From Dipteris shenzhenensis (lineage: Eukaryota), in assembly GCA_047967505.1 (NCBI GenBank), contig CM106538.1: a stretch of DNA of 64,000 nt; one strand, written 5' to 3'. A program made the translations under genes and the position numbers. A model generated the notes under the pieces. The model did no database searches. It saw only the letters and a program-made list of their open reading frames with translations, and was not told the DNA's origin. Below are positions 12,206 through 23,689 of the stretch, in pieces (positions within the stretch are counted from its first letter, which is position 1; every line of letters begins with the position of its first letter).

Positions 12206-13817
12206 ATGGCATCTGATTCTCTTTCACAGATTGTCACTGAAAAGCTTGACAAGAACAACTTCCAGGCATGGAAGTTTAGAATGACGAATTTCTTGATGGG
12301 AAAAGGCTATTGGGAATTCATTACAGGAAATGAAGAAGAACCTGTTCTTCCTAATGTTCCTAGTCAACAGGAAATGCAGGCATTCAAAGGATGGCATGAG
12401 AGAGCCAGGAAAGTTCTGTACTGGCTGTCTATCAGTATTTCGGACTCCATGATTGTGCATATTCAGGATGCAAATACGCCAAAGGAGGCATGGGATACTT
12501 TGGCAAAAATGTATAGCACAAATACGCAAGCCAGGAAAATGCAACTCAAACAGGAGTTGCACAATGTGCAGAGAGAAAATTTGAGCATAAATGACTACCA
12601 CATGAAAGTGAAGAAAATTGTAGATGCACTTGCTTCCATTGGGTCGCCAGTGGATGATGACGATTTGGTTTCTGTGACCTTGAATGGTCTAGGAAAGGAT
12701 TATGCACAGTTCCGGACATCCATTGCCGTCCGTGAAAACTTTCCTAATTTTGAGGAGTTGATTGCTCTTCTAATTTCTGAAGAGCAGAGAAATGGGGGTG
12801 CATCTTCTTCAGCAGGAACTTCAAAAGAAACTGTCTTCTACTCAAATGCTGGCAGAGGTAGAGGCAGAGGTAGAGGAGGCCGATCTGCAGGCCGTGGTAG
12901 AAATCAGAATATGCAGCAAACGCAAGAAAACCAGTCCTATGCAGGAGGACGTGGGAACTCTAGAGGCAGGGGGAGCCAAAGAGGCCGTGGTGGATGGCAG
13001 AGAAGCCAAAATGCAAATAGCAATGTTGAATGCTACTATTGTGGCAAAATGGGTCATATGGCTAAGGACTGCTACAAAAAGCAGAATGACATTATGAATG
13101 GAAAATTGCAGCAAGGCAATTATGCATCTTCTAGCAGGCAGGGTGATGATAGAAATGAGCATCTATTTATGGTGCAGCATATGACCAATTCTGTGACAAG
13201 TGCAGAAGAACAAAATGATGTGTGGTATGTTGACTCAGGTGCATCAAACCACATGACAGGTCATGCAGAATGGATGCAAGATGCAAGGAAGATGGAAAAG
13301 CCAGGATTTGTGGAGACTGGTGATGATACTGCACATCCTATTGTGCAGATTGGCAAAATTCCTTTGTCTATGCAGGATGGGAAAAAGAAATACTTGTCTG
13401 ATGTATTTCATGTCCCGAACATCACCAAGAACCTGGTTTCTGTTGGTCAGATGGTTGAGCAGGGCTTGCAGGTCAGATTTAATCCTCATGGATGCTTTGT
13501 TGAGGATATGAAAAATAATGGTCGCTTGATAGCAAAAGGAAAGAAGAAGGGCAGGATGTTTACGTTGGATGCAGACATGCCTGAATTGAGTGCAGCAATG
13601 TTTGCACATGGGACCGGTGTAGTTGCAGATATTGATATCTGGCACAAACGCATTGGTCATGTTAATATACAGCGACTTAAATCAATGCAAGCCCAAAATA
13701 TTGTTGCAGGATTGCCAAAATTCAAGGTTGCAGAAATGCACAAGATTTGTGAAGCCTGTCAATTTGGGAAACAGGCAAGGAAACCTTTTCCTAGGCATGT
13801 TCAAGAGAGTAAAAAAA
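12206..13817 (+). CDS. gag-pol: Copia gag (CCHC knuckle), aspartic protease and GAG-pre-integrase
   Basis: ATG at 12206; CYYCGKMGHMAKDC, WYVDSGASNHMTG, WHKRIGH...CEACQFGKQ. Frame is lost at the A7 run 13811-13817. Confidence 0.92.
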
Positions 13818-14718
13818 CCATTGGAATTAATCCACTTTGATGTGTGGACTACAAAAGCTGCATCTATTGGAGGCTGTCACTATTTTGTCACATTTATTGA
13901 TGACTTCAGCAGAAAACTGTGGGTGTATTTTATGAAAAAGAAAAGTGAAGTGTTTGGGCACTTCAAAGCTTTCAAAGCTATGGTTGAAAAAGAAACGGGC
14001 CTGCAAATAAAATGCCTAAGGTCAGATGGAGGGGGAGAGTACCTCTCAAATGAGTTTGCAAGGTTCTTGCAGGAGCATGGTATAAAGCAGCAATATTCAT
14101 GCAGTCATACCCCACAGCAAAATGGAATTGCAGAAAGAAAAAACAGGCATATTGGAGAGGTGTCTCGGGCTATGCTAAATGAAAAAGATCTACCAGATTA
14201 TTATTGGGCTGAAGCAGTTGCTACAGCAGTCTATATAATAAAGAGTCCTCCCACTGCAGCAATACATGGCATGACGCCAGAGGAGATGTATACTGGTAGG
14301 AAACCAGATATTTCTCATTTGAAGATTTTTGGTTGCATTGCTTATGTCCATGTGCCAGATGAGTTGAGGTCCAAGTTGGATCCAAAAGCTGAGAAGTGCG
14401 TCTTTATTGGTTATTCTCTGCAGCAGAAAGGGTATAGATGCTATAACCCTTCTACACGTAAGTTCACAGTGAGCAGAGATGTTGTTTTTGATGAGATGAG
14501 CAGCTGGTATAAACCAGTAAATGTGATGATTGATGTAGATGCACAAAATGGTAATGCTGCACAGAATGCACAGCAACAATCACAAAATATCAGTGGACCT
14601 GGAGTGTCCTCTACCAGTGGTTCACATACTTCGCCATGGACAGGCAGATTGAGATCAGGAGAATCCCCTCAAAGCAATGTAGATAGTGGTACGCAGGTAT
14701 CACGAAAAGGAAAAGGGG
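13811..14718 (+). CDS. pol: Copia integrase core (rve) and C-terminal SH3-like region, continuing in a shifted frame
   Basis: KPLELIHFDVW, FIDDFSR, RSDGGGEY, TPQQNGIAERKNR, KLDPKAEKCVFIGY, SRDVVFDE within ORF 13623..14867. Confidence 0.92.
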
Positions 14719-17029
14719 GCATGTTAACAACATTGGTTAATAGAGCCATGCTATTTGTAATGACAACACTAGGATACAACTTAGGGGATAGGTTCTTATG
14801 GGGCTTTGGTAGACAAGTTCTCCAAAGGAATGGGATGGTTATATATTCAACATCCTGTCTATATTAAACAACATCTAGAATGTACTCTACAATATTCGAG
14901 GGGATCAAGATGGTGACGATATGTATTTATGAATATCCCATGGCCTTCTTGATTGTTAACTTGGGGTAGTAGGAGTTCCCTAGGACTAGCTAAAAGCCAC
15001 AAGCTATGCCGACATGGCCTAAAAAGTCTAGTGCATAGAGAGTGGTATATGGAATAGGGCTAGCTATCCCTTCAAAAGGTAGAAAGGACAAGTTGCTGAC
15101 TTTGGTATTCATTGTCTTTTGCGGGCTTGGAATACAAGCATCCTTCCTTCATTTTGGTGTCTTGTTTTCTTATTTCTTGCTTGCCATCTTTGTGGTTGCC
15201 ACACCTATGTTGCCCCTTGCCCCTCTTATCCTCTCCTCTCCTCTCCTCCTTCCCTCTCCCTCTTTGGTTGAGCCACACGATCATGATAATCTTAGAGTCT
15301 AGAGGGTTTAGGGGGTCTCTAATGTTGTGCTAAAATTATGTAGACTCGTTCAAGGGAACACTAACTTAATTTTTATTTGTTTGCTTAAAACTAAAAAGGT
15401 TTGAGAAGAGGGACTCCACATTATGGAACTACTGCATGGTGGTACTAAAAATTTGATCTTTAGTGATATCGGTAGCTTGATTCAACCTAGAGTGGATGAA
15501 TTGGAAATAATCATTTCAAAGCTCTTCGAATAAATCTAACACAATTTAGAAATTTTCATTACTTCTTTTTCCATGAGCTTCCTTGCAATAAGGCCCATAA
15601 GCATGTCAAAGGTCACTATATTTCATACTCTACAAAATCTAACACCTTAGTGTGCCATTTGGCCTTCAAAATTAAAAAAAATAAATTGCCTCATCCCACT
15701 TACTTTGGGGCTACAATAGCGAGTTCCACTTGGATATAACATTTGGTGACATGTATCATAAAGGTGCCAAAGTTTTGCATTTCTCACGAGGCTTTCCAAA
15801 TTTCATGCCTTTCGCTTTGATAAATCTCATATGCATTCAAAACCATATTGCTTATTTTGAAAATCCTCGTGTAATTCAAAGTGGCTCTTTGCCACCCTAC
15901 AACCTATGCAATGTTGGCTTGCAAGAGAACCAAAACAAGCTATGGGATAGGATAATTGGAAATCTTGGTAAAGATAGAAGGAGCAGGCTGTGGGGAGAAG
16001 AAAAAATGGAACAATATCTAGCCGATATTTGTTCTCACTTTTGGTTCATTTATAGTCACCATTTGGCAATATGTAGCTTGTCATGCCTTGCAAGAGAACC
16101 AGAAACATGCTATGAGGTAGGAAAGTTGAAAATCTTGGTGAAGGTAGAAGGAGCAGGTTGTGGGAAGAGGAAAAAATGGTACAATCTATGCTTCAATGGA
16201 ACACATATTTCCAACCTTGGTGTAAGGAGAAACAATGCTAAGAAAAAATACTCCTCGCAGAGTAGCAACAAGCTTGAGTAGTAGTGGACACACATTCAAA
16301 CATTTCTATCAGATGTAAGAACATGACTTGTGGTCTCATAACTCATGGGAGCATCCTATATTTCAAGTGGGTTCAAGGACTACTTTTAAAATCCCTTATA
16401 TGTAAAATTTTCATTGATAAAATGAACCCTTTCTATAGGAACCTGTAAATTTTTAAAATTTTATTTTAGATACTCCCTTATGTTAATTAATCTAGTAAAT
16501 TTTAGAAATCCTTATATTGAACTCATGTGATAGGGTTACGTATGACAAGTGGACCCCCTCAAGTTGGTACATCAGGTCATTTGGGTAGCTACCAACTGTG
16601 TCTCGTTAGAAGCTTTAACCTGCACCCAAAATTTCATAGAGTGACAACTCTACCAATGTGTTGGGAGACACATGACCAAGAGACTATACTCTCTAACTTG
16701 CTTCTAATTTATGTCTTGCACAAATTGAAAGGGGTGTATAGTTTAAATCAACTAGCTACAAAGAGGAAAACATTAGCTATGTTGTTATTCTATGAAACAA
16801 ATGAGAGATGGGTTTGGTAGATGACATGGAACATGTTGTTGTTGATCAGATGGACCAACGTGCTCCACCAACAAGCTAGCTAGATAACACAAGGATGTTT
16901 TTAGAAAGAATTTGAGATGAAGAAATTTGACGAGCATATCATGCACATGATTAACACACGTAGGTCAATTCTAATGCTCTTATTCAAGACAACCATTTGG
17001 CTGATTAAAAGCAACTCAGTGCTTACAGT

Positions 17030-17530
17030 AATATTGTGGTTCATTTGATTTTCCTTGACAAGTACAATAGTGGAAGCAACAATATATTTTTTGTGTGCTA
17101 TGTTTTATTATAGTTTATTATTGCTCTTAGTATTTAACCATCGAGCCGTCTTGGAGTTCATATAATTTTCCTATACTAATCCAAAGATTGGAACAACAAT
17201 ATATTTGGCATGTATTATGTGTTGTAATAGTTCTAGTTAATTTTCTTAAGAGGCTCAAAACTTGATTTCATGATATAGTTCAATTAATGTTCTTAAAGTC
17301 TCCAAATTTTTATTTCTTGATTTCCCACCATGTTGGTTCAATTCGACTGGCTTGGAGTTCATGTGATTGTCCTAAACTAACTTGGTGTTTAAAAAATCAA
17401 TGTATTTTGCATGTATTATATTTTATTACAATGTTAATTAGTGCAATTGGACAAGGCTATCTTAGGTATGTGATTGTCCTAAACCATCTTGGTGGTTGGA
17501 ATAAACACTATATTAGTAATTTTGGAAAAA
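17030..17530 (-). repeat. Degenerate tandem repeat, inverted relative of the 62460-64000 array
   Basis: Three units with caat(a/g)tattt..catgtatta. 17396-17485 matches the reverse complement of ~63843-63955 (ttgtcctaaac / gtttaggacaa). Confidence 0.7.
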
Positions 17531-17629
17531 TCCCAATTCCCACTTTCTCCCAAAATCCAAAAATTGAAGGCATTACATTTCATTTAGAAGGGAATGAATT
17601 GATGAATTCATACATTCAAGCATTTTTTT

Positions 17630-18115
17630 GAGTATTAATTTGGCTTAATATTATATCATTCTATTGAGAAATCAAGATGATTGCATGTGAATTACGAATT
17701 ATCATGCATTGTGAATCGAAAAAAGATAAATTTTTTTTCCAAGAGAAAGGTGGTGTTATAAGAAACACCCTTGATATTCGAGTTACTAATCTTAAATTAT
17801 AAATTCAAATGGTTTTGAGAGTATGCATATATATTGTTTAAGTTCTCTCCAATTCAAATATATATTTGAGTTTTAACTTAGCTTAATATAATATCGTTCT
17901 ATTAAGATAATATTGAAAATGTTACATGAGAATTACCAATTATCAATGACATGCATTGTGAATCCAAACATGTTCATATATTATAAGTCTGTTGTTGCAA
18001 ATTATATGTTCGAGACTTCAAAGACTAGATCAAAATTTTCTTAAGAGAGAAAGGTGGTTGCTAAGAAACACCTTTGATATTTAAATTACCAATCTCAAAA
18101 ATTCAAATATATTTG
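17630..18115 (+). repeat. Two diverged direct copies of a ~200-240 bp AT-rich unit
   Basis: gcttaata, catgcattgtgaatc, agagaaaggtggt and aagaaacacc each occur twice in the same order. Confidence 0.75.
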
Positions 18116-18153
18116 GGAATAGGCCAACAACAACATGACAATGACGTTACATG

Positions 18154-18705
18154 TTAAAACTCATACTAATAAAACAACTCCTCTCTTGCATGGATATCCA
18201 TAAGGGATTGTACAACAACATTTCCAAACATATCAATATCCAACACATCTTGTTTATATTAAACCCAAGGTGGTAAATCAAGGTCATATACATATATAAC
18301 ATTCGTTCTATCTACTAATAGAGCTATTGATGCATCCAACTACATTCCCATACAACGCATCTCCCAAAATGTATTACATATACTCTTTTGGTGTAAATTT
18401 TGTATCTTCAAGGAGGCCATGGGTCCTAAACCTTGAAAAGTAAGAGCAAAGAGTAATCCAAGTATCGTAACCATACTTTAGGCCATCGTACACCAAAAAG
18501 TCTTTTTTTTCTTCTATATCTTCATGTATAAACATGCCATAACTTGCTCCTAAATATGATGATCTCTTCACTGCAAATCAAACACCTTTAAACTCAAATA
18601 TAGAATCAATTGGTATTGGGAGATTGTGCTCCCACAAGCCATTCACCTTAAGGTCAAATTGTAGAATTACTTCATTCTTCACTTCTTTTGGCAAGTTATC
18701 AAACC
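18154..18705 (-). pseudogene. SET-domain-like pseudogene exon
   Basis: Manual translation gives VKRSSYLGASYGMFIHEDI...LVYDG, then in the same frame YILGDALYGNVVGCINSS, then VVQSLMDIHAREELFY*YEF. These are the three SET signature blocks in order, with stops. Confidence 0.72.
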
Positions 18706-19149
18706 CTATACATAAAAGAAAACGGATAAAGAGTTATAACAGAAATGAGGACTAAAGAAAACTACCAAAATGATGCGTCACAAATAAGTACCTATGCCAA
18801 GTTACCATTATCAAAGATTTATTGCATGCTTAATCCAAGAGATACTTGAAGGCTTGGTATGCATGCTTTTGCATACGTTGGCAAACATAACCCAATTTCA
18901 GGGCATACAAAAAGCTTGCACATCTCTCAAATAATTTGGCCTCTTTATTCTCTCCAAGAGCTCCAAGTATTTCGGCTTGTTTCTAGCACTTGTTCTTGAA
19001 ATTTTGTTTATTGTTCCTTGTCTAGCTCACAATCATCTCCACGTCTTTCATTTTGATGTCGGGTGACCCCAAAACAACTTGAGCTAGTCGAACTAAATAC
19101 TTTTTTGGAGTAGATTCCTTTGAGAACTCTTTTATATACTTAGTAGTAG

Positions 19150-19620
19150 ACTCCTCCCACTCCAAAATCACTTCTTTGAAATGCATATATTGAGATGATG
19201 ATTGACATGTATTGTATCACTGCCATAACTATCAAGCTTGATACTATTCCCTATATCTGACACATTTCTCAACTGAAGGAGGTAAGGGAGAAGTTTAGTA
19301 TGTCATCATCCCATGTATCTCAAAGGAATATGGATGTATACAATTTGCTCTAGGATTTACACACCCCTTATACAGACAATCATCAATAAGCAATATGTTA
19401 GCATGATTGAATTCTTTATCATTTGTTTGAATGGTGATTTCTAGATGCATTGGATTTCCATTTGTAACATGGCACACAAAAGTTCCATCAAGTTGTGAAG
19501 TTAAGATTCAATAAATGTAGGCTAGGCTTAAATTTACAAATGTTATCTTATGTACTCTATCTCATTTAAGTTTTTTTGTGTAATAAACAATATCAATTTT
19601 GAAACTGATATTGTCTCCAA
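19150..19620 (-). pseudogene. FCP1/NIF-type HAD phosphatase C-terminal half, pseudogenised
   Basis: EFNHANILLIDDCLYKGCVNPRANCIHPYSF resembles the plant NIF-family block NTLLIDDSPYKAxxNP. It is followed after a frameshift by LLPYLLQLRNVSDI...SYGSDTI...HFKEVI, similar to that family's C-terminus. The N-terminal DxD motif was not found. Confidence 0.65.
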
Positions 19621-19774
19621 ACTTCCCAGGTGCTTAATAGTCACAAAAAATTGACTTAATTTACAATTTGCAATATGAAAAGAAGAAGATTATAACTCAA
19701 ATGCAGATTGTATGTTACATGTCCAAACACAACATCAAAATGCATGTCTACGCTGTAGCATGCACTTCATTCTC

Positions 19775-21050
19775 GATGGAGCATGAAGCATCAAGATTAG
19801 TTTTAAAATTGAGCATGATCCTTCATGATCGGAGGAGCATGAAGGGCCAAGCTCGGTTTTAAAACTAAGAGATTAGCCCTTCATGCTACAATATTTCATG
19901 CTCCATGGAACATGAAGGGCCAAGCTCGATTTAAAATCAAGCTTGGTTCTTCATGCTCCATTAAGCATGAAGGGCATGCTCTAGAACCAAGCTCAAATTT
20001 GAAACCAAGCTTGGCCCTTCATGCTTGATGGAGCATGCCCTTCATGCTAGATGGAGCATAAAGGACCAATCTCGGTTTTAAAATCAAGCTTGGTCCTTCA
20101 TACTCCATCCTTTCATGCTCCTTAGAGAATGAAGGGCCAAGATTGGCTTTAAAATCAAGCTTGGCTTGAGCATGAAGCACTAAGCTTGGTTTTAAGACCC
20201 AGCTTGGTTATTCTATGCCACATTGAGCATGAAAGTCTAAGCCCATTTTTGAAATAAATTTGTACCCTTCATGCTCCACACCTTTCATGTTCATTGGAGC
20301 ATGAAGGACCAAGCTCCATTTTAACATCGAACTTGGCCCTTCATGCTTTATGGAGCATATCCCATCATGGTCGATGGAGCATAAAGGGCTAAGCTAGATT
20401 TTTAAACCAAGCTTGTCCCTTAGTGCTCTATGGAGCATGAAATATTGGAGAATGAAGAGCCAAGATCAATATTAAAACCGAGCTTGGCCCTTCATGATTT
20501 ATGGAGTATGGAAGGTTGGAGCATGAAGGGCCAAGCTTGGTTTTAAAGCTGAGCTTGGCCCTTCATGCTCTATGGAGCATGGAAGGTTGGAGCGTGAAGG
20601 GAAAAGCTCGATTTTAAAACCGAGCTTGGTCCTTCAAATGCTTAATGAAGCATGCCCTTCATGATCCATGGACCATGAATGGCATGCTCCATGGAGCATA
20701 AAGGACCAAGGTTGGTTTTAAAACCAAGCTTAGCCCTTTCATGCACGGTGCATGCCCTTCATGGTCCAAACTTTCATGATCCTTAGAGCATGAAGGATCA
20801 AGCTTGGTTTTAAAACCGAGATTAACCATTTCATGTTGTACTGAGCATGAAAGGCCAAGCCCAATTTTAAAACTGAGCTTGGTTGTTCATGCTTGATGGA
20901 GCATGCCCTCCATGCTCGCGATGGAGGAGCATAAAGGGTGTGCTCCAACCTTTCATGTTCCAAGGAGCACGAAAGGTTGGAGCAATGAAGGCCAAGCTCG
21001 ATTCAAAAAACAAGCTTGGTCTTCCATTATCTATCAAGCATGGAAGGCCA
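19775..21050. repeat. Array of two alternating palindromes (~28-bp monomer in alternating orientation)
   Basis: Consensus AAGCTCGGTTTTAAAACCGAGCTT alternates with GGCCCTTCATGCTCCATGGAGCATGAAGGGCC; roughly 17 TTTTAAAA-type centres counted by eye. Confidence 0.92.
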
Positions 21051-21402
21051 GGATCGGTGAGCTTAGTAAAAATCTTCAAATTTCAACTTCAACAAGGGTG
21101 CATGTATGCATGAAAGCACTTGCTCTAACTTGTGGGTTTTACGGGGTCTTTAGACGTTGTCAATTATTTAGTAAGAAATAATAAAAAAGAAACGCTTTGA
21201 AGACTCACAAGATCCATTAGGCTTTGCCAAGGTTCTAGCATGCTCTCACACTGACTGCAAAGCCACTGCCTTAAAAAAAACAAAACTATAATTTAAAATT
21301 GAAAGGTGAATCGGTGTGCAAAGCTTTGATGTCAACTTTTTAGGGTTTTTTTTTGCTTTATTTTTATAAACAGATCCAGTAGATGACAATCTCTTCACTA
21401 GT

Positions 21403-21480
21403 AGGCATAAATTCTGTTAGGTTGGCATAAAGCCCATTAGGCAGGCATAAAGCCCGTTTTACAAGCATAAAGCCCATTTC
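21403..21480 (+). repeat. Four ~20-bp tandem repeats (ggcataaagccc core)
   Basis: gcataaa recurs at 20-bp spacing. Confidence 0.8.
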
Positions 21481-22320
21481 AATAGGAAAACATAATTGTT
21501 TTCACAGGCAAACCTGCTTTTCTGGCAAATGGCTTTTTGGATAGCAAAATTTTTTTCTGGGCAACTTCAGTAGTTAACAAGTGAATTGGCTCTAGCACCT
21601 TGCTCTCACAAACTTTGGCATTTGAAAGGGCCCATGGATGCCTAAAGTTGTAGACCGCGATTTGACACTTCTCCCGAAATTAATTATCCAATCCATGCTT
21701 AAGTTTAGAATTTTGTAGTGCAGTCACACCAGTAATAATACATCAGAATCCGGATGTCCAAGATGTAAACTCGGTTGTTTGCATCCTCTTGTAGCTCATG
21801 GGATTCTTTGGGGGCTTTACTCGGCCTTTTCTTGTGTCTCCTCAGTCCCTACAAAGCTTCAACAGTAGTTAACAAGTGAATCGGCTCTAAAGCCTTGCTC
21901 ACAAACAAACACAGGAGACCTGGATGAGTGACTGGAAAGCTAGAAGTGACTTGAAGACTTGTAGCTGGAGAAAGTCAGACAATCATTCTAGGGAGAGCTC
22001 AAGCATGGACGGAGAGTGGAGCCCTTGAATTGATTTACAGCCATGTCGGAGGGGGGTAAAAAGCACACACAAGCTAAAAGCTAAAAATCCAACATCCATC
22101 TAAAAGTAGGTTTATAAATTCCTTAAAAACTAAGAATAATCACAAAACTCCCACTCAACTCGATCCTAAAGCAGTGCCTCTAAGACAGCCATTGCTAATA
22201 AAGTGGCAAATTTGAAATTCAAATTTTAAAATTGCCACTCCATGCAAATTCAAATTGTAAACTTTTAAAATGTTTTAATTATCATATTTAGCTCTGTGTG
22301 AGAGAGAGAGAGAGAGAGAT

Positions 22321-23680
22321 CACACACACACAGATACACTGGCTACATACACTTAAATACACAAACACATGCACATATTTACTCACACACATGCTCACAC
22401 ACATATGCACGCACACACACATGCACACGCTCACACACACATGCACACATGTGTGCACACACACACACATGTGTGCACACACACACACATGCTTATTATT
22501 TGGTCACATAACCACACATACATACACTATTACCCCTAATACAATATTCATTTTATTAACTTTTTGTGTCGATATGATGCAGCTTACCTAGTGGATTTGG
22601 TACCAGTATTTCTTTGTATTGAGAAGGTTACCATATTTAAACATCAAAGTAACAAGCAACTTCTTTTGGTTGGATCCCTTTTGTATCTGCCTTTGTACTT
22701 TACAATTCTAGACATGATAATTGCTCCAAAGACTCAATGCCAACTTACAATTTTAATAGTTGAAGGTGTGCGTATAGATCAATATGGCTATTTTGAAAAG
22801 CTTCTTAGTGCAAATGTGGTTGGACCTTTAATTACCCTATTTATTTGGCTCTTTAAACATACCGTATGCTTTCATATTGATCTAACCCCTTCATTTTAAG
22901 TATGGGATAAGGTTGACGGAACTACTATGCGGTGCCATTACTTGTTCACGAGCTAACTATCTAAACCCCCTACTTGCCTCTATCCTCCCTTGTCACGACT
23001 TCTATTATGACCTCTAGATACCTTTAGTCCCTATCTTCCTAAGATTGGACTATAATGGATCCCCTTTACATGCAACCAACATCATAGCCTCCCTTTATGC
23101 AATGGCATCGACTCAGGTACTTTGGCCTTGCACTCTTGATTCTTGCTTGCCATCAATATCTAATTTTCTTGTTCTTACACATTAAATGTCTCTTCGGTTA
23201 TTATTTGCAAGCTTTTTTGCATTCTTTCAAATGGTTGACAATAAGCTCTAGGGATTGTATCTACCGTGTGACTACCTTCGGTTTCTTTGCTTTTGGTTCT
23301 TTGATTGCTTTGGCATCATTCGGTTGCTTGTTGCGATACATTTGCATACTAGCATGACTCTGATCACGATGAAAATCCAACCTTGGTTGGTCCCTCTGGT
23401 ACTTGGTTATGCTGTTAGTGGTGTCATAGTCATTGTAACGTAGTCCTTTGATTTGGCTTACCATCGCATGTTACGTGCCTAACCATCAATCACGTGATGG
23501 TGATTTGCTTTTGCTGAGCGCTTTGGCAATAGTATTTACAGTTGGTCATGGCTTGCTTTCACGGGTTTTGAGTGACGTTGATGATTGTTGATTGCTACTA
23601 CTGTGTGGTTCCCAACTCCATATATTGCATGCCTCTCTTGCATTGGAACTTGGACCTTTACTTACCTATGTAATCTTTGT
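22321..23680 (+). repeat. Left long direct repeat (pseudo-LTR)
   Basis: Co-linear with 26274-27670; both end in ttacctatgtaatctttgt. Lacks a ~60-bp segment present in the right copy. Confidence 0.9.
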
Positions 23681-23689
23681 AGCTCGCTA

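Larger units (their letters stand above)
11362..14718 (+). mobile_element. Ty1/copia element, 3'-truncated (5' LTR, PBS, gag-protease-integrase; no RT, RNase H or 3' LTR)
   Basis: TG...CA LTR 11362-11660, perfect PBS 11661-11672, long gag-pol ORFs; copia homology is lost after ~14715. Confidence 0.9.

Noticed and set aside
12224-14579. Antisense ORFs overlapping copia gag-pol
   Set aside because: Shadow frames of the sense polyprotein with no independent motifs.
15730-16281. 183-aa plus-strand ORF as a real gene
   Set aside because: Non-ATG start, spans a local duplication, and has no recognisable domain.
19775-21050. CRISPR array
   Set aside because: No unique spacers (the intervening sequence is itself a repeated palindrome), no cas genes, and a eukaryotic TE context.
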